Source: Felis catus (taxonomy: Eukaryota). From it: 64,000 nt of DNA. How positions within the stretch are numbered: position 1 is the first letter of the stretch; each line of letters starts with the position of its first letter. Under the pieces are notes generated by a model. It was not told the DNA's origin and did not search any database. It was given only the letters and a program-made list of their open reading frames with translations. This document shows positions 57,401 through 64,000 of this stretch, in pieces. The stretch covers positions 172,796,001-172,860,000 of the forward strand of contig NC_058368.1 of NCBI RefSeq assembly GCF_018350175.1. The letters run 5' to 3'. The position numbers and the translations under genes were made by a program.

Positions 57401-60400
57401 CTGGCCTTTGACAGAAAGTTGCTGACCCTTGGGCAGAGGATGGGGTTTCCTTTCTTCTGTAGGAGTCCTTTCTGCCCCCTTGTCACCTGACATGTCAGAG
57501 CACATGTCCAGGTACTGACATGTTAACGGTTTCAAACTTTGAGTCCTCTCTGCTGTACCCCTACACCACCTCCTGCCTTAGAGATCCCTTCTCTTTCCTG
57601 GGTGAATGACCGCAAATCAGCCTCCCTTTCCCCCACCCATACTGGCAATACTTTGTCCTTCAGGTACCCAGGGGACAACTCCAATATCTCCCATTACAAA
57701 AGCATCTCCTTCTAATTCCAGGGCCTGTGTTTGGAAGCAAAGACAACTTCCATGGCCTAGCCATCTTCTTGGACACATATCCCAATGATGAGACCACAGA
57801 GGTATGCCTCTGCTCTCTCCCTCAGACAGGACAGGAAGGACTGGGCAGTTGGCTGGGGGGTGGGAACCAAGACTTCTCTCTGGTCTCAGCACAAAAGGGG
57901 CCTCCAGGGATCAGGGTGGCGGGCTACCCCAGTGCCTCCACAGGATGGGCTGGCCATAGAGTAACTGGTGTCTCGGTCTCAGCGTGTGTTCCCGTACATC
58001 TCGGTGATGGTGAACAATGGCTCCCTGTCCTACGACCATAGCAAGGATGGCCGCTGGACTGAGCTGGCAGGCTGCACGGCTGACTTCCGCAACCGCGATC
58101 ATGATACCTTCCTGGCTGTTCGCTACTCCCGTGGCCGTCTGACGGTGAGCAGGCAGGATGGGGGCCGGTTATGCCTGTGCCAGTTCCGTGGAGGCTTAAG
58201 TTGATGGGCGGGCTTGGACCTGGCACGTACTTGACTTGCTGGCTGGCTGCAGGTGATGACCGACCTAGAGGACAAGAACGAGTGGAAGAATTGCATCGAC
58301 ATCACGGGAGTGCGCCTGCCCACTGGCTACTACTTTGGAGCCTCGGCTGGCACCGGAGACCTGTCTGGTGAGCATCTGGGCTGAGGGAGGCATTAAGTCT
58401 CAGTCTTGACCTTCCCTGGTCTGTCGGGAGCTCGTGACATAGTTGATAGCTTTCCTTCTTAAACTTCTTTCCTTTGGTTCCACACACACCTGGGTTTCTT
58501 CCTCTACTTTCTAGCATCTGGGAATGTTGTCACACTTGGGGCTTTATTCCGTGAGCACTCCCTCAGCAGTCTTCCCCTCTGCAGCTAGGGGGCTGAGTAT
58601 GCTACAGGGTCCCACATTTCCATCACCAGCCCAGACCTTTCCAGACCTGTGTCACCCAACAGCCTGGTCAGCATCTCTGCCTGGATACCCAACAGGCATT
58701 TCAGCCTTCACCTGCCAATAGCTGAAGCCCACATCTTGCCACCAAGACATAAATGGCACTTCTGTTACTCTAGTTGCTCAGTCCAAGAAGACTTGGTGCC
58801 ACTGTGGTCTCTATTTTTTCTCTCACACGCCACCTCTCATCCTTTGGTGAGTCTTGCTAGGTTTGTCTTCTCAGGGCAACAGACTACTTTTCCTCTCTTA
58901 CTACTTGGCAGGTCCAGGCCATCATCTTCACTCGCTTGGACAACTGCAGGAGCCTCCCATGTGGTCCCCTCCTTCCACACCAGTTCCCCAACAGTCTCTC
59001 CCAGTTCAGTCAGAGCGATTCCGTTAAAGCTCAAATGAGGTCTTGCCACTCCTCTCGTCTTCCGCAGAGTCAAGGCCCCTGTCTGTCCCAGTAGCGGTTG
59101 CTGGGCCCTGTGTGCCATGCCTCCTCTACCGCATCAGCCGTGACTCATGGCTTCCTGCTCCTTTACATCACTCTCAGCTCTTCTTCAGATACACCAGCGC
59201 CCTCCTGCTTTGGCCTTTTTACCTGTGCCTCATTCTTACCTCCTTCAGGTCTTACTCAGATGTCACTTCCTCACTGGGGCCTTCCCTGATTCCTACATAC
59301 CCCAGTCTCCTATGCACTCCTTACCACCTTTGTTGGCTTTATTTTTCTTCATAGCATTTAACCATCTTGGAATCTACCATGTAATTTATTTCATTTTCTA
59401 GGTATGCTTAACTGAATTGTAAGCTTCATAAAGTCAGGGCTCTTATCTTCTTTGGCCCACAGTGTGTCTGTATGCATTGGGATGCTGCTAGCCTATGCAA
59501 GCCTCGCTGGGCCACCAGGCCTGGGTGACACTTTATAGTGACCCTTGGCCATGGCCCTTAGAAGGCATCAGGGTCCTCAGAGGGCTGGCACGAAGCCCAG
59601 GGTCAGCTCTTGCTGACCAGAAGTGGGAAGCAACATATAGGACCAGACAAAGGGCTTATTTATCCTCAGGATAGACGTTTCTGAGAGCCTCCCCTTCACC
59701 CTTGAAATGTCGAGGTTCCTAGAGAGTCCGTTGCTTTGGGGTTTTAAAGTTTTTAGTGTGGATAGTCCAATAAGTCCCTTTGCCCCTGTTACCCAGCTTC
59801 AGGTAATCATTACTTGCTCGTTGATTACTTGGTAATTAGTTACCAGCTGGATGTCAGTCTTGTGTCATAGTCCTTCAACTCAGGTTATCTGGAATTTCAT
59901 TGGGTAGTACATCAGCATATGTCAGGAGAAGGTTCTGGAAACAAAGCCAGATCTGTGGCAGGTGGATGCTCTCTAAGGCTATTTGGAGAGGCCCAATAAA
60001 GAGTGTTGGAAATTGACTACACAGTAGTGCTTGACCATTAATCAGAGAGTTGGGAATGCTGGCCTCTGCAGCAGGCGTCTCATGGGGAGTCACATGATGT
60101 AGTGGTCTCTTTTCCCTTTTAATTCTTTTTTTGTTTGTTTATTCTGGGAGAGAGAGTACACGCACAGGGGAGGGGCAGAGAGAGAGAGGGAGACAGGGGA
60201 TCTGAAGCAGGCTCTGCGCTGACAGCAGAGAGTGCAATGCAGGGCTCAAACTCACAAACCATGAGATCATGACCTGAGCTGAAGTCGGACACTTAACTGA
60301 CGGAGCCACCCAGGCGCCCCTCTTTTCCCTTTTATACATCTGAGACCATTGGGAATTTGAGAGTTGAAGGGATTTCCCCACGTTCACACCTAGGAAGGGC

Positions 60401-63367
60401 AGAGCTTGGGTGGAAACTCTGGTCGAACTTCTTGGTCAGGACTTGTCCCTGCGCCTCCGGGGCTGTGTGTGCTGGGCTCTGAGATACCACTTGGCTCTGC
60501 CTGACCCAGTTGCCAGGTCCTTGCTCTTTAGGCTGTCCCTTTTCCGGTTTCCACAGAGTTCCTCTTGAAATGAGGCTTTTCCTCAGGTTCCAGTAGGTTA
60601 GCTGAACTGATGCTGGAATCAAGGGACCAGGACCCCTGTCTTGGCTCTGATCGCAACCTCCCCATCTCACAAATGGGGTGGTCACTTACTGTCAAGCAGA
60701 AGTTATCTTCTGCCCATACCTGAGCCTGTCTCTAGTGTTTTCTGGGACAATCACTGCCCAGATATTAGAGCCTCACCCTCAGCTGGTTGCTGAGTCGTTC
60801 ATCTGCATTATGAACTTGGGTCTCTGATGGGAGCACCTGGCAGCTGCCTGCCTGCCCCTCGGGAAGATCAGACTTCTCAATTGGCTGTAGAATAACATGC
60901 AGGTCCTTTTCTGGTACATACTATCTGCTGGGCAATCTGTCTCTGCTTTGTGTGTGCTTTCTCATTTTCTTGCCATGATTACCAGGCAAGATGGAGATTA
61001 TAACCTGGATTTACAAACAAGGAAACTGCCTCAGGATTTAGACCCAGGTGATTTTGACTGTAAAATCCATGCTTTTTTTCTGTCCTGCCTCCTCCCAGGT
61101 TTGTTACTGTTGAGTTCTAGAGGTATTCTAGCTCCTGGAATACCTACTAGGGGCAGCTGGGGGTCACTGGGAAGAAAAAAGACCCCTCACTAGGCAGGAG
61201 CAGAATTCTACCTGGGGGACGTCGCCACTCTGAGGGACTGGAGCAGCAGCTTCTCTCTGGGGAAGGCCATGGACCCTAAGGCAGTCTCCATGCTCCTTCT
61301 AAGCTAACTCTTGATCCTACAGACAATCATGACATCATCTCCATGAAACTGTTCCAGCTGATGGTAGAACATACGCCTGATGAAGAGAACATTGACTGGA
61401 CCAAGATTGAGCCCAGTGTCAATTTCCTCAAGTCACCCAAAGGTATGTATGCAAGGCCCGCCTGGGCCTGGGTGGCCTGGTATGGGGTTGCAGTGGGGCT
61501 GGCTTGGCTGAGTGTGTATGGTCCATTTGCTCTTGCTTGGTCCAGTTATGATTGTGGCTTGGGGTCTTGAATCAGCAGCCAGTGCTAATGAGTAGATTTG
61601 TGAGCACCTGGTGCCTATTTCGGCTAGTGCTTAGTGCGGGGTTAATGGCCAGTAAAGCCAGAGGGGCCAGTTTGTTGGTATAGGTGGCATGCAGGGCATT
61701 CTGATACAACATGTGTGTGGTCTCAGTGAATGACCTGGGAAGTAGGTGCTGCCACTAGCCAGGGCAACTGGTCCTCCAGGTTTCCTCAGCTAGAAAGAAG
61801 TAAAGACAAGAATCAACTTTGGGTTTTTGCAAAGCCCCAAAGCCTGGACTCTTTCCATGGTGCTAATTAGCCACCAGTCTCTCCTCACAGAGCAAGAGTT
61901 CTGGTTGAAGTGAAACTCCTATGTGTGTAGATATCCAAGAACCCTGAAGTTTGCCTATGGGCCAGGATGGGGCACTGAGGAGCCTCTCAGCCTAGCCCAA
62001 GGTCACCATGTAGAGTGTGAGCCAGAGTGGAACCCAGCACTTAATGTGACCTCTCACTTTTTTAAGATTCATATTGCTTACAAATATCTCAGGGGCTAAA
62101 CAAATCCTGCCGTGTACCCACTGTTTTTGCAACCTTTGATTGGAGGGTTTCTGGCTGAGGGCTTTCAGAGAATTCCTCTGCTCTGACCTACCCAGCAACC
62201 CAATAAGGGTGGCCAGGCAGGGCTTAACTCATTTGCAGACCTGTTGATCCATTTGCTCCTTTAGCAGATGGTTCCAGAGCTTTCATTCACTGCCTAGCCA
62301 TGGGCTAGGTGCCGTCCTAGGGCTTAGTCTAGTGACTGAGGCAGAGAAGGGGGCAGAGGAAAAGAGAGGCTGGTGGTGAGACCACGTCAGCAGGCCTGCC
62401 CTGGTTAGGTTGTGTGAGAAAGGATGACGTAGCTTGGCTCCCGCCTGGCATTCCAGGCCTCCTCCACAGTGAGGAGTGGAGGGCTAGGGCTGTGGCTCCG
62501 GAGGGAGGCCGAGTGGCAGGAATAGGGCCGAGGCTGCACAGGGCAGGAGGACTTGAGTCCAGATTCCTGTCCCTTCACCCACAGACTAGTGAACTTGACA
62601 AAGTCTGTTCCTGCTCTCAGCCTTCTCTAAAAGTGAGATTATGAGCTCCCCATCCCAGGGTAGTTGGGATTCCAGGAGAATATCTCATGTGTCAGGGCCT
62701 TGTTTCTGGTAGAATTCTTGATGTTAGCAAGCAGAGAAGTGGTGTGGTGGAGAAGAAGGACAGGGGATGGAGGGCCTGGGAGATTCCCCCTCTAGGGACC
62801 ATGGAATACATCCAGGTGTAAGTCAGGGCTGCTTTCGGCCAGGGCTGTGTCTCTCTAGGTCAGGATCTTGGACCACTGACTGCATGGGGCCAGGGTGGGG
62901 CTTGTGAATGCAGGTCTTGGGCTTGCCTTGTGCTGACTCAGGCTCTCCTGGGGAGGCCAGGAATTCGGTTTTCACCAGCCCCTTTCAGAGAAGACACCTG
63001 AGGCCTTGCTCCCTGGGAACCTCAGTCCCAGTGGGATTATTCCTGTATCCATTCCCCCGCCCCTCTCTGGTATAGCTGTGAGCAGGACACAGGGCTGGCT
63101 GTGGCCTATTGCTCTGCTCAGTCCTGTTGGACTCCCTGTCTCCCAGGAGCCTGCCTGACCTCTCTCTCCACTTTACCACTTCAGCTCCCCCTCTCTTCTC
63201 CCCCAGACAATGTGGATGACCCGACGGGAAACTTCCGCAGCGGGCCCCTGACAGGGTGGCGGGTGTTCCTGCTGCTGCTATGTGCGCTCCTGGGCATCAT
63301 CGTGTGCGCCGTGGTGGGGGCCGTAGTGTTTCAGAAGCGGCAGGAGCGGAACAAGCGATTCTACTGA
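45170..63367 (+). CDS. LMAN2: Vesicular integral-membrane protein VIP36 (L-type lectin), 356 aa, 8 exons
   Basis: Exons 45170-45365, 45534-45652, 57009-57126, 57722-57801, 57983-58144, 58253-58367, 61323-61442, 63207-63367 sum to 1071 nt; signal peptide, lectin motifs ([33 protein letters not shown]), one TM helix, KRFY tail. Confidence 0.98.
45534..45652 (+). CDS. LMAN2: LMAN2 exon 2 (119 nt)
   Basis: ccacag|GGGTCG...CACCAG|gtgagt. Confidence 0.96.
48112..48317 (+). mobile_element. Can-SINE
   Basis: GGGGCACCTGGGTGGCTCA head, (CT)n tract, A tail. Confidence 0.9.
49735..49947 (+). mobile_element. Young Can-SINE
   Basis: Full length; TSD AAATGTTTTTG. Confidence 0.93.
50089..50304 (-). mobile_element. 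Young Can-SINE
   Basis: Full length; TSD AGTTATTTTCTT. Confidence 0.93.
50499..50706 (+). mobile_element. Can-SINE
   Basis: GTGCCTGGGTGGCTCAGTCAGTT head; AAAATAAACATTAAAA tail. Confidence 0.88.
50788..52165 (-). mobile_element. Old L1 (L1M-type) 3' fragment containing a Can-SINE (about 51800-51996) and (GTTTT)n
   Basis: AAAATTTACCATCTTAACCATTTT, CACTTGGGTTGTTTCCACCTTTTGGCTATTGTGAATAATGCTG, TTTACATTCCCACCAGCAGTG; minus-strand ORF remnant [15 protein letters not shown] resembles the L1 ORF2 C-terminus. Confidence 0.88.
52816..56061. mobile_element. Cluster of eight Can-SINEs in LMAN2 intron 2 (+52816-53021, -53125-53322, -53337-53538, -53551-53760, +54195-54415, -55088-55195, -55363-55581, -55861-56061)
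   Basis: Repeated SINE heads, (GA)n/(CT)n tracts and A/T tails; boundaries approximate. Confidence 0.85.
57009..57126 (+). CDS. LMAN2: LMAN2 exon 3 (118 nt)
   Basis: ctccag|CCTTGC...TGCCAG|gtaggg; [17 protein letters not shown]. Confidence 0.96.
57722..57801 (+). CDS. LMAN2: LMAN2 exon 4 (80 nt)
   Basis: ttccag|GGCCTG...ACAGAG|gtatgc; [26 protein letters not shown]. Confidence 0.96.
57983..58144 (+). CDS. LMAN2: LMAN2 exon 5 (162 nt)
   Basis: tctcag|CGTGTG...CTGACG|gtgagc; [23 protein letters not shown]. Confidence 0.96.
58253..58367 (+). CDS. LMAN2: LMAN2 exon 6 (115 nt)
   Basis: ctgcag|GTGATG...TGTCTG|gtgagc; [38 protein letters not shown]. Confidence 0.96.
58440..59470 (+). mobile_element. 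L2 LINE remnant
   Basis: Pyrimidine-rich L2-like body (TTCAGGTCTTACTCAGATGTCACTTCCTCA; GAATTGTAAGCTTCATAAAGTCAGGG); boundaries approximate. Confidence 0.6.
60116..60320 (-). mobile_element. Can-SINE
   Basis: Full body; flanking CTTTT(T)CCCTTTTA duplication. Confidence 0.9.
61323..61442 (+). CDS. LMAN2: LMAN2 exon 7 (120 nt)
   Basis: ctacag|ACAATC...CCAAAG|gtatgt; [25 protein letters not shown]. Confidence 0.96.
63207..63367 (+). CDS. LMAN2: LMAN2 exon 8 coding part (161 nt)
   Basis: ccccag|ACAATG; TM helix [29 protein letters not shown]. Confidence 0.97.
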
Positions 63368-63491
63368 GCGGCCGGCGCTCTGCTCTGGGGAAGGCCTGGT
63401 TTTGGGCCCCGGCACTAATGTGAACTTTTTTTTACTGAGATTGTAAAAGAAAAACAAGATGACCTTATTTCTTAACCGTTTCAAAGAAATA

Positions 63492-63497
63492 ATTAAA
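63492..63497 (+). terminator. LMAN2: LMAN2 proximal poly(A) signal (ATTAAA)
   Basis: ATTAAA about 125 nt after the stop, in a T-rich context. Confidence 0.55.
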
Positions 63498-63858
63498 GTA
63501 TTTTCGTACATTTTGCTTCTTGCCCAGCAGGGATAAGCTGCAGGGCTGGGGAATAGGGTTTGGCATCCCCACACCTGGGGCAGAGGTCCTCACCCATCTC
63601 AGGAGCAGGGAGGAGTCTGTGCCTGGAGCTGGGCCCTGGCAGGTGGCTCTTGAACACTGGAGGGCCCCCCAACCACATTGTGGTGGGTGTCTGACGATGC
63701 AAGCAGTGATTTTGTTCTGTGCGGTGTGTGTTGGTGGAAAAGGAGGCTGACTGGGGAACCTGGGCCTTTCTGGTCACCCTCTGAGCTTCTTCCCAAGGCA
63801 GAGCCTCAGTGAGGCTGGAGGAGCAATTTGGTGGGGCTCAGAGTGTGACCGTTTGCTA

Positions 63859-63864
63859 AATAAA
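63859..63864 (+). terminator. LMAN2: LMAN2 distal poly(A) signal (AATAAA)
   Basis: AATAAA followed by GT- and T-rich downstream elements. Confidence 0.8.
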
Positions 63865-64000
63865 GTGAAATAACCAACCTCAGCTGTGTGACTGTCCTAA
63901 GGGGCTTGCTTTTCTTTTCCTTCAAGTAACTTCCAGGTGGCCAGTGGTTTACAGCTCTCAGCCTCATCCCCTTGGCCTTGCCACACAGCCCCAGGAGGCA

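Noticed and set aside
58145..58252. Other 3n introns (LMAN2 intron 5; SLC34A1 introns 6 and 9; RGS14 introns 2 and 3) as read-through candidates
   Set aside because: Each contains an in-frame stop codon

Overview
This is mammalian genomic DNA from a felid, most likely the cat lineage, judging by the many feliform-type tRNA-derived Can-SINEs. It is the conserved F12-PFN3-SLC34A1-RGS14-LMAN2 block. From left to right: the probable 3' UTR end of F12 (+); intronless PFN3 (+, 137 aa); SLC34A1/NaPi-IIa (-, one non-coding and 12 coding exons, CDS 1920 nt, 639 aa); RGS14 (-, 15 exons, CDS 1707 nt, 568 aa, or 567 aa with the other NAGNAG acceptor); LMAN2/VIP36 (+, 8 exons, CDS 1071 nt, 356 aa). I located every coding exon boundary by hand: all are GT-AG, phases are compatible and no gene looks pseudogenised. 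The rest is SINE, L1, L2, MIR, MER5 and ERVL/MaLR remnants plus microsatellites. I found no wholly new biological system. The best leads are: (1) an alternative terminal exon in SLC34A1 intron 8 giving a 335-aa half-transporter; (2) splice and poly(A) signals for a PFN3-driven antisense RNA across the last SLC34A1 exon; (3) RGS14 ending in HSAL rather than human DSAL, beside NaPi-IIa ending in VTRL; (4) a 10-codon uORF in RGS14; (5) a close inverted pair of young SINEs; (6) a cryptic 7-bp periodic array between RGS14 and SLC34A1. Comparisons with human sequences and repeat-family names come from memory, not database searches, and need checking.
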